A stretch of DNA of 64,000 nt from Eledone cirrhosa (Eukaryota), in the NCBI GenBank assembly GCA_964016885.1, contig OZ024750.1, positions 41,478,001 to 41,542,000 of the forward strand, read 5' to 3'. Under the pieces are notes generated by a model. That model did no database searches. It worked only from the letters and a program-made list of their open reading frames with translations, and had not been told where the DNA came from. This document shows, one piece after another, positions 29,801-44,700 of the stretch. Made by a program: the position numbers and the translations under genes. The first letter of the stretch is position 1. Every line of letters begins with the position of its first letter.

Positions 29801-32800
29801 AGACTCTACAACCCAGTCTAGGTGGTATATCTCAGCTGGGAGTGACAGACTCTACACCCCAGTCTAGAGGGTATATCTCAGCTGTGGTAAGGAGTGACAG
29901 ACTCTACACCCCAGTCTAGCTGGTATATCTCAGCTGCGGTGGGGACTGACAGACTCTACACCCCAGTCTAGGTGGTATATCTCAGCTGGGAGTGACAGAC
30001 TCTACACCCCAGTCCAGGTGGTATATCTCAGCTGTGGTAAGGAGTGACAGACTCTACACCCAGGTCTAGGTGGTATATCTCAGCTGTGGTGGGGAGTGAC
30101 AGACTCTACACCCCAGTCTAGGTGGTTTATCTCAGCTGTGGCAGGGAGTGACAGACTCTACACCCCAGTCTAGATGGTATAACTCAGCTGGGAGTGACAG
30201 ACTCTGCACCCCAGTCTAAATGGTATATCTCAGCTGTGGTAGGCACTGAAAGACTCTACACCCCAGTCTAGGTGGTATATCTCAGCTGTGGTAGGGAGTA
30301 ACAGACTCTACACCCCAGTCTAGGTGGTATATCTCAGCTGTGGTGGGGAGTAACGACTCTACACCCCAGTCTAGGTGGTATATATCAGCTGTGGTAGGGA
30401 CTGACAGACTCTACACCCCAGTCTAGGTGGTATATCTCAGCTGTGGTGGGGAGTGACAGACTCTACACCCCAGTCTACGTGGTATATCTAAGCTGGGAGT
30501 GACAGACACTACACCCCAGTCTAGGTGGTATATATCAGCTGTGGCAGGGAGTAACAGACTCTACAGCCCAGTCTAGGTGGTATATCTCATCTGTGGTAGG
30601 CACTGACAGACTCTACACCCCACTCTAGGTGGTATATCTCAGCTGTGGCAGGGAGTAACAGACTCTACACCCCAGTCTAGGTGGTATATATCAGCTGTGG
30701 TAGGGAGTGACAGACTCTACACCCCAGTCTAGAGGGTATATCTCAGCTGTGGTAGGGAGTGACAGACTCTACACACCAGTCTAGGTGGTATATCTCAGCT
30801 GTGGTAGGGAGTGACAGACTGTACACCCCAGTCTAGGTGGTATATCTCAGCTGTGGTAGGGAGTGGCAGACTCCACACCCCAGTCTAGGTGGTATATCTC
30901 AGCTGTGGCAGGGAGTGACAGACTCTACACCCCCAGTCTATGTGGTATATCTCAGCTGTGGTAGGGAGTGACAGATTCTACACCACAGTCTAGAGGGTAT
31001 ATGTCAGCTGTGGTAGGGAGTGACAGACTCTACACCCCAGTCTAGGTGGTATAACTCAGCTGTGGTAGGGAGTGACAGACTCTACACCCCAGTCTAGGTG
31101 GTATATCTCAGCTGTGGTAGGGAGTGACAGACTCCACACCCCAGTCTAGGTGGTATATCTCAGCTGGGAGCGACAGATTCTACACCCCAGTCTAGAGGGT
31201 ATATCTTAGCTGTGGTAAGGAGTGACAGACTCTACACCCCAGTCTAGGTGGTATATCTCAGCTGTGGTGGGGACTGACAGACTCTACACCCCAGTCTAGG
31301 TGGTATATCTCAGCTGTGGCAGGGAGTGACAGACTCTACACCCCAGTCCAGGTGGTATATCTCCACTGTGGTAGGGAGTGACAGACTCTACACCCCAGTC
31401 CAGGTGGTATATCTCCACTGTGCTAGGGAGTGACAGACTCTACACCCCAATCTAGGTAGTATATCTCAGCTGTGGTAGGGAGTGGCAGACTCTACACCCC
31501 AGTCTAAGTGGTATATCTCAGCTGTGGTAGGGAGTGACAGACTCTACACCCCAGTCTAGGTGGTATATCTCAGCTGTTGTAGGAGTGACAGACTCTACAC
31601 CCCCGTCCATGTGGTATATCTCAGCTGTGGCAAGGAGTGACAGACTCTGCACCCCAGTCTAAGTGGTATATCTCAGCTGTGGTGGGGAGTGACAGACTCT
31701 ACACCCCAGTCTAGGTGGTATATCTCAGCTGTGGCAGGGAGTGACAGACTCTACACCCCAATCTAGGTAGTATATCTCAGCTGTGGTAGGGAGTGGCAGA
31801 CTCTACACCCCAGTCTAGGTGGTATATCTCAGCTGCGGTAGGGAGTGACAGACTCTACACCCCAGTCTAGGTGGTATATCTCAGCTGTGGTAGGGAGTGA
31901 CAGACTCTGCACCCCAGTCTAGGTGGTATATCTCAGCTGTGGCAGGGAGTGACAGACTCTACACCCCAGTCTAGGTGGTATATCTCAGCTGTGGTGGGGA
32001 GTGACAGACTCTACACCCCAGTCTAGGTGGTATATCTAAGCTGGGAGTGACAGACTCTACACCCCAGTCTAGGTGGTATATCTCAGCTGTGGCAGGGAGT
32101 AACAGACTCTACAGCCCAGTCTAGGTGGTATATCTCAGCTGTGGTAGGCACTGACAGACTCTACACCCCACTCTAGGTGGTATATCTCAGCTGTGGTAGG
32201 GAGTAACAGACACTACACCCCAGTCTAGGTGGAATATCTCAGCTGTGGTGGGGAGTGACGACTCTACACCCCAGTCTAGGTGGTATATCTCAGCTGTGGT
32301 AGGGAGTGACAGACTCTACACCCCAGTCTAGAGGGTATATCTCAGCTGTGGTAGGGAGTGACAGACTCTACACCCCAGTCTAGGTGGTATATCTCAGCTG
32401 TGGTAGGGAGTGACAGACTCTACACTCCAGTCTAGGTGGTATATCTCCGCTGGGAGTGACAGACTCTACACCCCAGTCTAGGTGGTATATCTCAGCTGTG
32501 GTGGGGACTGACAGACTCTACACCCCAGTCTAGGTGGTATATCTCAGCTGTGGCAGGGAGTGACAGACTCTACACCCCAGTCCAGGTGGTATATCTCCAC
32601 TGTGGTAGGGAGTGACAGATTCTACACCCCAATCTAGGTAGTATATCTCAGCTGTGGTAGGGAGTGGCAGACTCTACACCCCAGTCTAGGTGGTATATCT
32701 CAGCTGTGGTAGGGAGTGACAGACTCTACACCCCAGTCTAGGTGGTATATCTCAGCTGTTGTAGGTGTGACAGACTCTACACCCCAGTCCAGGTGGTATA

Positions 32801-34830
32801 TCTCAGCTGTGGTAAGGAGTGACAGACTCTGCACCCCAGTCTAGGTGGTATATCTCAGCTGTGGCAGGGAGTGACAGACTCTACACCCCAGTCAAGTTGG
32901 TATATCTCAGCTGGGAGTGACAGACTCTACACCCCAGTCTAGGTGGTATATCTCAGCTGTGGCAGGGAGTGACAGACTCTACACGCCAGTCTAGGTGGTA
33001 TATCTCAGCTGTGGTAGGCACTGACAGACTCTACACCCCAGTCTAGGTGGTATATCTCAGCTGTGGTGGGGAGTGACGACTCCACACGCCTGTCTAGGTG
33101 GTATATCTCAGCTGTGGTAGGGACTGACAGACTCTACACCCCAGTCTAGGTGGTATATCTCAGCTGTGGTGGGGAGTGACAGACTCTGCACCCCAGTCTA
33201 GGTGGTATATCTCAGATGGGAGTGACAGACTCTACACCCCAGTCTAGGTGGTATATCTCAGCTGTGGCAGGGAGTGACAGACTCTACAGCCCAGTCTAGG
33301 TGGTATATCTCAGCTGTGGTAGGTACTGACAGACTCTACACCCCAGTCTAGGTGGTATATCTCAGCTGTGGTAGGGAGTAATAGATTCTACACCCCAGTC
33401 TAGGTGGTATATCTCAGCTGTGGTGGGGAGTGACGACTCTACACCCCAGTCTAGGTGGTATATATCAGCTGTGTTAGGGAGTGACAGACTCTACATCCCA
33501 GTCTAGAGGGTATATCTCAGCTGTGGTAGGGAGTGACAGACTCTACACCCCAGTCTAGGTGGTATATCTCAGCTGTGGTAGGGAGTGACAGATTCTACAC
33601 CACAGTCTAGAGGGTATATGTCAGCTGTGGTAGGGAGTGACAGACTCCACACCCCAGTCTAGGTGGTATATCTCAGCTGGGAGTGACAGACTCTACACCC
33701 CAGTCTAGAGGGTATATCTCAACTGTGGTAAGGAGTGACAGACTCTACACCCCAGTCTAGGTGGTATATCTCAGCTGTGGTGGGGACTGACAGACTCTAC
33801 ACCCCAGTCTAGGTGGTATATCTCAGCTGTTGCAGGGAGTGACAGACTCTACACCCCAGGCCAGGTGGTATATCTCCACTGTGGTAGGGAGTGACAGATT
33901 CTACACCCCAGTCCAGGTGGTATATCTCCACTGTGGTAGGGAGTGACAGACTCTACACCCCAGTCTAGGTGGTATATCTCAGCTGTGGTAGGGAGTCACA
34001 GACTCTACACCCCAGTCCAGGTGGTATATCTCAGCTGTGGTGGGGTGTGACAGACTCTACACCCCAGTCTAGGTGGTATATCTCAGCTGGGAGTGACAGA
34101 CTCTACACCCCAGTCTAGAGGGTATATCTCAGCTGTGGTAAGGAGTGACAGACTCTACACCCCAGTCTAGCTGGTATATCTCAGCTGCGGTGGGGACTGA
34201 CAGACTCTACACCCCAGTCTAGGTGGTATATCTCAGCTGGGAGTGACAGACTCTACACCCCAGTCCAGGTGGTATATCTCAGCTGTGGTAAGGAGTGACA
34301 GACTCTACACCCAGGTCTAGGTGGTATATCTCAGCTGTGGTGGGGAGTGACAGACTCTACACCCCAGTCTAGGTGGTTTATCTCAGCTGTGGCAGGGAGT
34401 TTCAGACTCTACACCCCAGTCTAGATGGTATAACTCAGCTGGGAGTGACAGACTCTGCACCCCAGTCTAAATGGTATATCTCAGCTGTGGTAGGCACTGA
34501 AAGACTCTACACCCCAGTCTAGGTGGTATATCTCAGCTGTGGTAGGGAGTAACAGACTCTACACCCCAGTCTAGGTGGTATATCTCAGCTGTGGTGGGGA
34601 GTGACGACTCTACACCCCAGTCTAGGTGGTATATATCAGCTGTGGTAGGGACTGACAGACTCTACACCCCAGTCTAGGTGGTATATCTCAGCTGTGGTGG
34701 GGAGTGACAGACTCTACACCCCAGTCTAGGTGGTATATCTAAGCTGGGAGTGACAGACACTACACCGCAGTCTAGGTGGTATATATCAGCTGTGGCAGGG
34801 AGTAACAGACTCTACAGCCCAGTCTAGGTG
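26900..34830. repeat. Block duplication with offset about 4.15-4.25 kb
   Basis: TACACTCCAG at 28274/32421 and GTAATAGATT at 29231/33378 (offset 4147). GGTGGTTTAT at 30121/34372 (offset 4251 = 4147 + 2 monomers). Confidence 0.82.
27100..29050. repeat. 973-bp (19-monomer) tandem duplication
   Basis: GGTGGAATAT at 27108/28081, CCCCAGGCTAGAG at 27201/28174, ACTCCACACGCC at 28011/28984; 19x52 minus 15 = 973. Confidence 0.9.
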
Positions 34831-35189
34831 GTATATCTCAGCTGTTGCAGGGAGTGACAGACTCTACACCCCTGTCTAGTTGGTATAACTCAGCTGGGAG
34901 TGACAGACTCTACACCCCAGTCTAAATGGTATATCTCAGCTGTGGTAGGCACTGAAAGACTCTACACCCCAGTCTAGGTGGTATATCTCAGCTGTAGTAG
35001 GCACTGACAGACTCTACACCCCACTCTAGGTGGTATATCTCAGCTGTGGTAGGGAGTAACAGACTCTACACCCCAGTCTAGGTGGAATATCTCAGCTGTG
35101 GTGGGGAGTGACGACTCTACACCCCAGTCTAGGTGGTATATCTCAGCTGTGGCAGGGAGTGACAGACTCTACACCGCAGTCTAGGTGGT

Positions 35190-38100
35190 ATATCTCAGCT
35201 GTGGTAGGGAGTGGCAGACTCTACACCCCAGTCTGGGTGGTATATCTCAGCTGTGGTAGGGAGTGACAGACTCTACACCCCAGTCTAGGTGGTATATCTC
35301 AGCTGTGGTAGGGATTGACAGACTCCACACCGCAGTCTAGGTGGTATATCTCAGCTGGGAGTGACAGACTCTACACCCCAGTCTAGAGGGTATATCTCAG
35401 CTGTGGTAAGGAGTGACAGACTCTACACCCCAGTCTAGGTGGTATATCTCAGCTGTGGTGGGGACTGACAGACTCTACACCCCAGTCTAGGTGGTATATC
35501 TCAGCTGTGGCAGGGAGTGACAGACTCTAAACCCCAGTCCAGGTGGTATATCTCCACTGTGGTAGGGAGTGACAGACTCTACACCCCTGTCTAGAGGGTA
35601 TATCTCAGCTGTGGTAGGGAGTGACAGACTCTACACCCCAGTCTAGGTGGTATATCTCAGCTGTGGTTGGGAGTGACAGACTCTACACCCCAGTCTAGGT
35701 GGTATATCTCAGCTGTGGTAGGGAGTGACAGACTCTACACCCCAGTCTAGGTGGTATATCTCAGCTGGGAGTGACAGGATCCACACCCCAGTCTAGGTGG
35801 TATATCTCAGCTGTGGCAGGGAGTGACAGACTCTACATCCCAGTCCAGGTGGTATATCTCCACTGTGGTAGGGAGTGACAGACTCTATACCCCAGTCCAG
35901 GTGGTATATCTCCACCGTGGTAGGGAGTGACAGACTCTACACCCCAGTCTAGGTAGTATATCTCAGCTGTGGTAGCGAGTGAGAGACTCTACACCCCAGT
36001 CTAGGTGGTATATCTCAGCTGTGGTAGGGAGTTACAGACTCTACACCCCAGTCCGGGTGGTATATCTCAGCTGTGGTAAGGAGTGACAGACTCTGCACCC
36101 CAGTCTAGGTGGTATATCTCAGCTGTGGTGGGGAGTGACTGACTCTACACCCCAGTCTAGGTGGTATATCTCAGCTGTGGTAGGGAGTGACAGACTCTGC
36201 ACCCCAGTCTAGGTGGTATATCTCAGCTGTGGCAGGGAGTGACAGACTCTACACCCCAGTCTAGGTGGTATATCTCAGCTGTGATAGGGAGTGACAGACT
36301 CTACATTCCAGTCTAGGTGGTATATCTCAGCTGGGAGTGACAGACTCTACACCCCAGTCTAGGTGGTATATCTCAGCTGTGGCAGGCAGTGACAGACTCT
36401 ACACCCCAGTCTAGGTGGTATATCTCAGCTGTGGTAGGCACTGACAGACTCTACACCCCTGTCTAGGTGGTATATCTCAGCTGTGGCAGGGAGTGACAGA
36501 CTCTACAGCCCAGTCTAGGTGGTATATCTCTGCTGTGGTAGGCACTGACAGACTCTACACCCTAGTCTAGGTGGTATATCTCAGCTGTGGTAGGGAGTAA
36601 CAGATTCTACAGCCCAGTCTAGGTGGTATATCTCAGGTGTGGTGGGGAGTGACGACTCTACACCCCAGTCTAGGTGGTATATATCAGCTGTTGTAGGGAG
36701 TGACAGACTCTACACCCCAGTCTAGAGGGTATATCTCAGCTGTGGTAGGGAGTGACAGACTCTACACCCCAGTCTAGGTGGTATATCTCAGCTGTGGTAG
36801 GGAGTGACAGACTCTACACCCCAGTCTAGGGGGTATATCTCAGCTGTGGTAGGGAGTGACAGACTCCACACCCCAGTCTAGGTGGTATATCTCAGCTGGG
36901 AGTGACAGACTCTACACCCCAGTCTAGAGGGTATATCTCAGCTGTGGTAAGGAGTGACAGACTCTACACCCCAGTCTAGGTGGTATATCTCAGCTGTGGT
37001 GGGGACTGACAGACTCTACACCCCAGTCTAGGTGGTATATTTCAGCTGTGGCAGGGAGTGACAGACACTGCACCCCAGTCTAGGTGGTATATCTCCACTG
37101 TGGTAGGGAGTGACAGACTCTACACCCCAGTCCAGGTGGTATAACTCCATGTGGTAGGGAGTGACAGACGCTGCACCCCAGTCTAGGTGGTATATCTCAG
37201 CTGTGGTGGGGAGTGACAGACTCTACACCCCAGTCTAGGTAGTATATCTCAGCTGTGGTAGGGAGGGGCAGACTCTACACCCCAGTCTAGGTGGTATATC
37301 TCAGCTGTGGTAGGGAGTGACAGACTCTACATCCCAGACTAGGTGGTATATCTCAGCTGTGGTAGGGAGTGACAGACTCTACACCCCAGTGCAGGTGGTA
37401 TATCTCAGCTGTGGTAAGGAGTGACAGACTCTGCGCCCCAGTCTAGGTGGTATATCTCAGCTGTGGTGGGGAGTGACAGACTCTACACCCCAGTCTAGGT
37501 GGTATATCTCAGCTGTGGTAGGGACTGACAGACTCTACACCCCAGTCTAGGTGGTATATCTCAGCTGTGGTGGGGAGTGACAGACTCTACACCCCAGTCT
37601 AGGTGGTATATCTCAGCTGTGGTAGGCACTGACAGACTCTACACCCCAGTCTAGGTGGTATGTCTCAGCTGTGGTAGGGAGTGACAGACTCTACACCCCA
37701 GTTTAGGTCGTATATCTCAGCTGGGAGTGACAGACTCTACACCCCAGTCTAGGTGGTATATCTCAGCTGTGGCAGGGAGTGACAGACTCTACACTCCAGT
37801 CCAGCTGGTATATCTCCACTGTGGTAGGGAGTGACAGACTCTATACCCCAGTCCAGGTGGTATATCTCAGCTGTGGTAGGGAGTGACAGATTCTACACCA
37901 CAGTCTAGAGGGTATATGTCAGCTGTGGTAGGGAGTGGCAGACTCTACACCCCAGTCTAGGTGGTATATCTCAGCTGTGGTAGGGAGTGACAGACTCTAC
38001 ACCCCAGTCCAGGTGGTATATCTCAGCTGTGGTAAGGAGTGACAGACTCTGCACCCCAGTCTAGGTGGTATATCTCAGCTGTGGTGGGGAATGACAGACT

Positions 38101-40420
38101 CTACACCCCAGTCTAGGTGGTATATCACAGCTGTGGTAGGGAGTGGCAGACTCTACACCCCAGTCTGGGTGGTATATCTCAGCTGTGGTAGGGAGTGACA
38201 GACTCTACACCCCAGTCTAGGTGGTATATCTCAGCTGTGGTAGGGATTGACAGACTCCACACCGCAGTCTAGGTGGTATATCTCAGCTGGGAGTGACAGA
38301 CTCTACACCCCAGTCTAGAGGGTATATCTCAGCTGTGGTAAGGAGTGACAGACTCTACACCCCAGTCTAGGTGGTATATCTCAGCTGTGGCAGGGAGTGA
38401 CAGACTCTAAACCCCAGTCCAGGTGGTATATCTCCACTGTGGTAGGGAGTGACAGACTCTACACCCCAGTCTAGAGGGTATATCTCAGCTGTGGTAGGGA
38501 GTGACAGACTCTACACCCCAGTCTAGGTGGTATATCTCAGCTGTGGTAGGGAGTGACAGATTCTACACCTCAGTCTAGAGGGTATATATCAGCTGTGGTA
38601 GGGAGTGGCAGACTCTACACCCCAGTCTAGGTGGTATATCTCAGCTGTGGCAGGGAGTGACAGACTCTAAACCCCAGTCCAGGTGGTATATCTCCACTGT
38701 GGTAGGGAGTGACAGACTCTACACCCCAGTCTAGAGGGTATATCTCAGCTGTGGTAGGGAGTGACAGACTCTACACCCCAGTCTAGGTGGTATATCTCAG
38801 CTGTGGTAGGGAGTGACAGATTCTACACCTCAGTCTAGAGGGTATATATCAGCTGTGGTAGGGAGTGGCAGACTCTACACCCCAGTCTAGGTGGTATATC
38901 TCAGCTGTGGTTGGGAGTGACAGACTCTACACCCCAGTCCAGGTGGTATATCTCAGCTGTGGTAGGGAGTGACAGACTCTACACCCCAGTCTAGGTGGTA
39001 TATCTCAGCTGGGAGTGACAGGATCTACACCCCAGTCTAGGTGGTATATCTCAGCTGTGGCAGGGAGTGACAGACTCTACATCCCAGTCCAGGTGGTATA
39101 TCTCCACTGTGGTAGGGAGTGACAGACTCTATACCCCAGTCCAGGTGGTATATCTCCACCGTGGTAGGGAGTGACAGACTCTACACCCCAGTCTAGGTAG
39201 TATATCTCAGCTGTGGTAGCGAGTGAGAGACTCTACACCCCAGTCTAGGTGGTATATCTCAGCTGTGGTAGGGAGTTACAGACTCTACACCCCAGTCTAG
39301 GTGGTATATCTCAGCTGTGGTAGGGAGTGACAGACTCTGCACCCCAGTCTAGGTGGTATATCTCAGCTGTGGCAGGGAGTGACAGACTCTACACCCCAGT
39401 CTAGGTGGTATATCTCAGCTGTGATAGGGAGTGACAGACTCTACATTCCAGTCTAGGTGGTATATCTCAGCTGGGAGTGACAGACTCTACACCCCAGTCT
39501 AGGTGGTATATCTCAGCTGTGGCAGGCAGTGACCGACTCTACACCCCAGTCTAGGTGGTATATCTCACCTGTGGTAGGCACTGACAGACTCTACACCCCT
39601 GTCTAGGTGGTATATCTCAGCTGTGGCAGGGAGTGACAGACTCTACAGCCCAGTCTAGGTGGTATATCTCTGCTGTGGTAGGCACTGACAGACTTTACAC
39701 CCTAGTCTAGGTGGTATATCTCAGCTGTGGTAGGGAGTAACAGATTCTACAGCCCAGTCTAGGTGGTATATCTCAGCTGTGGTGGGGAGTGACGACTCTG
39801 CACCCCAGTCTAGGTGGTATATATCAGCTGTGGTAGGGAGTGACAGACTCTACACCCCAGTCTAGAGGGTATATCTCAGCTGTGGTAGGGAGTGACAGAC
39901 TCTACACCCCAGTCTAGGTGGTATATCTCAGCTGTGGTAGGGAGTGACAGATTCTACACCACAGTCTAGAGGGTATATGTCAGCTGTGATAGGGAGTGGC
40001 AGACTCTACACCCCAGTCTAGGTGGTATATCTCAGCTGTGGTAGGGAGTGACAGACTCTACACCCCAGTCTAGGGGGTATATCTCAGCTGTGGTAGGGAG
40101 TGACAGACTCCACAACCCAGTCTAGGTGGTATATCTCAGCTGGGAGTGACAGACTCTACACCCCAGTCTAGAGGGTATATCTCAGCTGTGGTAAGGAGTG
40201 ACAGACTCTACACCCCAGTCTAGGTGGTATATCTCAGCTGTGGTGGGGACTGACAGACTCTACACCCCAGTCTAGGTGGTATATTTCAGCTGTGGCAGGG
40301 AGTGACAGACACTGCACCCCAGTCTAGGTGGTATATCTCCACTGTGGTAGGGAGTGACAGACTCTACACCCCAGTCCAGGTGGTATAACTCCATGTGGTA
40401 GGGAGTGACAGACTCTTCAC
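35190..40420. repeat. Block duplication with offset about 3244 bp
   Basis: GTGACAGGAT at 35771/39015, GGTAGCGAGTGAGAG at 35971/39215, ATAACTCCATGTGG at 37141/40385. Confidence 0.85.
38370..38900. repeat. 260-bp (5-monomer) tandem duplication
   Basis: CAGACTCTAA at 38401/38661 and TTCTACACCT at 38561/38821. Confidence 0.88.
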
Positions 40421-41199
40421 CGCAGTCTAGGTAGTATATCTCAGCTGTGGTAGGGAGTGACAGACTCTACACCCCAGTCTAGGTGGTATATCTCAGCTGT
40501 GGTAGGGAGTGACAGACTCTACACCCCAGTCCAGGTGGTATATCTCAGCTGTGGTAAGGAGTGACAGACACTGCACCCCAGTCTAGGTGGTATATCTCAG
40601 CTGTGGCGGGGAGTGACAGACTCTACACCCCAGTCTAGGTGGTATATCTCAGCTGGGAGTGACAGACTCTACACCCCAGTCTAGGTGGTATATCTCAGCT
40701 GTGGCAGGGAGTGACAGACTCTACACCCCAGTCTAGGTGGTATATCTCAGCTGTTGTAGGCACTGACAGACTCTACACCCCAGTCTAGGTGGTATATCTC
40801 AGCTGTGGTAGGGAGTAACAGACTCTACACCCCAGTCTAGGTGGTATATCTCAGCTGTGGTGGGGAGTGACGACTCTACACCCCAGTCTAGGTGGTATAT
40901 CTCAGCTGTGGTAGGGACTGACAGGCTCTACACCCCAGTCTAGGTGGTATATCTCAGCTGTGGTGGGGAGTGACAGAATCTACACCCCAGTCTAGGTGGA
41001 ATATCTCAGCTGGGAGTGACAGACTCTACACCCCAGTCTAGAGGGTATATCTCAGCTGTGGTAAGGAGTGACAGACTCTACACTCCAGTCTAGGTGGTAT
41101 ATCTCAGCTGTGGTGGGGACTGACAGACTCTACACCCCAGTCTAGGTGGTATATCTCAGCTGGGAGTGACAGACTCTACACCCCAGGCCAGGTGGTATA

Positions 41200-44100
41200 T
41201 CTCAGCTGCGGTAAGGAGTGACAGACTCTACACCCAGGTCTAGGTGGTATATCTCAGCTGTGGTGGGGAGTTACAGACTCTACACCCCAGTCTAGGTAGT
41301 ATATCTCAGCTGTGGTAGGGAGTGGCAGACTCTACACCCCAGTCCAGGTGGTATATCTCAGCTGTGGTGGGGAGGGACAGACTCTACACCTCAGTCTAGG
41401 TGGTATATCTCAGCTGTGGCAGGGAGTGACAGACTCTACACCCCAGTCTCGGTGGTATATCTCAGCTGGGAGTGACAGACTCTACACCCGAGTCTAGATG
41501 GTATATCTCAGCTGTGGTAGGCACTGACAGACTCTACACCCCAGTCTAGGTGGTATATCTCAGCTGTGGTAGGGAGTTACAGACTCTACACCCCAGTCTA
41601 GGTGGTATATCTCAGCTGTGGTGGGGAGTGACAGACTCTACACCCCAGTCTATGTGGTATATCTCAGCTGTGGTAGGGACTGACAGACTCTACACCCCAG
41701 CCTAGGTGGTATATCTCAGCTGTGGTGGGGAGTGACAGACTCTACACCCCAGCCTAGGTGGTATATCTCAGCTGGGAGTGACAGACTCTACACCCCAGTC
41801 TAGGTGGTATATCTCAGCTGTGGCAGGGAGTGACAGATTCTACAGCCCAGTCTAGGTGGTATATCTCAGCTGTGGTAGGCACTGACAGACTCTACACCCC
41901 AGTCTAGGTGGTATATCTCAGCTGTGGTAGGGAGTGACAGACTCTACACCCCGGTCTAGGTGGTATATCTCAGCTGTGGTAGGGAGTGACAGATTCCACA
42001 CCCCAGTCTAGGTGGTATATCTCAGCTGGGAGTGACAAACACTACACCCCAGTCTAGAGGGTATATCTCAGCTGTGGTAGGGAGTGACAGACTCTACACT
42101 CCAGTCTAGGTGGTATATCTCAGCTGTGGTGGGGACTGACAGACTCTACACCCCAGTCTAGGTGGTATATCTCAGCTGTGGCAGGGAGTGACAGACTCTA
42201 CACCCCAGTCCAGGTGGTATATCTCCACTGTGGTAGGGAGTGACAGACTCTACACCCCAGTCTAGGTGATATATCTCCACTGTGGTAGGGATTGACAGAC
42301 TCTACACCCCAGTCTAGGTAGTATATCTCAGCTGTGGTAAGGAGTGACAGACTCTGCACCGCAGTCTAGGTGGTATATCTCAGCTGTGGTGGGGAGTGAC
42401 AGACTCTACACCCCAGTCTAGGTGGTATATCTCAGCCGTGGTGGGGAGGGACAGACTCTACACCCCAGTCTAGGTGGTATATCTCAGCTGTGGTGGGGAG
42501 TGACAGACTCTACACCCCAGTCTAGGTGGTATATCTCAAATGTGGTAGGGAGTGACAGACTCTGCACCCCAGTCTAGGTGGTACATCTCAGCTGTGGCAG
42601 GGAGTGACAGACTCTACACCCCAGTCTAGGTGGTATATCTCAACTGTGATAGGGAATGACAGACTCTACACCCCAGTCTAGGTGGTATATCTCAGCTGTG
42701 GTAGGGAGTGACAGACTCTACACCCCAATCTAGGTGGTATATCTCAGCTGGGAGTGACGACTCTACACCCCAGTCTAGGTGGTATATCTCAGCTGGGAGT
42801 GACAGACTCTACACCCCAGTCTAGGTGGTATATCTCAGCTGTGGCAGGGAGTGACAGATTCTACACCCCAGTCTAGGTGGTATAGCTCAGCTGTGGTGGG
42901 GACTGACAGACTCTACACCCCAGTCTAGGTGGTATATCTCAGCTGTGGCAGGGAGTGACAGACTCTACACCCCAGTCTAGGTGGTATATCTCAGCTGTGG
43001 TAGGCACTGACAGACTCTACACCCCAGTCTAGGTGGTATATCTCAGCTGTGGTAAGGAGTGACAGACTCTACACCCAGGTCTAGGTGGTATATCTCAGCT
43101 GTGGTGGGGAGTGACAGACTCTACACCCCAGTCTAGGTAGTATATCTCAGCTGTGGTAGGGAGTGGCAGACTCTACACCCCAGTCCAGGTGGTATATCTC
43201 AGCTGTGGTGGGGAGTGACAGACTCTACACCCCAGTCTAGGTGGTATATCTCAGCTGTGGCAGGGAGTGACAGACTCTACACCCCAGTCTCGGTGGTATA
43301 TCTCAGCTGGGAGTGACAGACTCTACACCCCAGTCTAGATGGTATATCTCAGCTGTGGTAGGCACTGACAGACTCTACACCCCAGTCTAGGTGGTATATC
43401 TCAGCTGTGGTAGGGAGTAACAGATTCTACACCCCAGTCTAGGTGGTATATCTCAGATGTGGTGGGGAGTGACGACTCTACACCCCAGTCTAGGTGGTAT
43501 ATCTCAGCTGTGGTAGGGACTGACAGACTCTACACCCCAGTCTAGGTGGTATATCTCAGCTGTGGTGGGGAGTGACAGACTCTACACCCCAGCCTAGGTG
43601 GTATATCTCAGCTGGGAGTGACAGACTCTACACCCCAGTCTAGGTGGTATATCTCAGCTGTGGCAGGGAGTGACAGATTCTACAGCCCAGTCTAGGTGGT
43701 ATATCTCAGCTGTGGTAGGCACTGACAGACTCTACACCCCAGTCTAGGTGGTATATCTCAGCTGTGGTAGGGAGTAACAGACTCTAAACCCCAGTCTAGG
43801 TGGTATATCTCAGCTGTGGTGGGGAGTGACGACTCTACACCCCTGTCTAGGTGGTATATATCAGCTGTGGTAGGAAGTGACAGACTCTACACCCCAGTCT
43901 AGAGGGTATATCTCAGCTGTGGTAGGGAGTGACAGACTCTACACCCCAGTCTAGGTGGTATATCTCAGCTGTGGTAGGGAGTGACAGATTCCACACCCCA
44001 GTCTAGGGGGTATATCTCAGCTGGGAGTGACAGACACTACACCCCAGTCTAGAGGGTATATCTCAGCTGTGGTAAGGAGTGACAGACTCTACACTCCAGT

Positions 44101-44700
44101 CTAGGTGGTATATCTCAGCTGTGGTGGGGACTGACAGACTCTACACCCCAGTCTAGGTGGTATATCTCAGCTGTGGCAGGGAGTGACAGACTCTACACCC
44201 CAGTCCAGGTTGTATATCTCCACTGTGGTAGGGAGTGACAGACTCTACACCCCAGTCCAGGTGATATATCTCCACTGTGGTAGGGAGTGACAGACTCTAC
44301 ACCCCAGTCTAGGCAGTATATCTCAGCTGTGGTAAGGAGTGACAGAGTCTGCACCCCAGTCTAGGTGGTATATCTCAGCTGTGGTGGGGAGTGACAGACT
44401 CTACACCCCAGTCTAGGTGGTATATCTCAAATGTGGTAGGGAGTGACAGACTCTGCACCCCAGTCTAGGTGGTATATCTCAGCTGTGGCAGGGAGTGACA
44501 GACTCTACACCCCAGTCTAGGTGGTATATCTCAGCTGTGGTAGGGAGTGACAGACTCTACACCCCAATCTAGGTGGTATATCTCAGCTGGGAGTGACGAC
44601 TCTACACCCCAGTCTAGGTGGTATATCTCAGCTGTGGCAGGGAGTGACAGACTCTACACCCCAGTCTAGGTGGTATATCTCAGCTGTGGTGGGGACTGAC
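41200..44700. repeat. Diverged block duplication with offset about 1.84-1.89 kb
   Basis: CCCCAGTCTCGG at 41441/43282 and ATATCTCAAATG at 42531/44422. Confidence 0.75.

Noticed and set aside
41312-41497. 61-aa ORF
   Set aside because: It is a translation of about 3.5 satellite monomers in which variants happen to remove the consensus TAG/TGA stops. It has a GTG start inside the repeat and no gene context.
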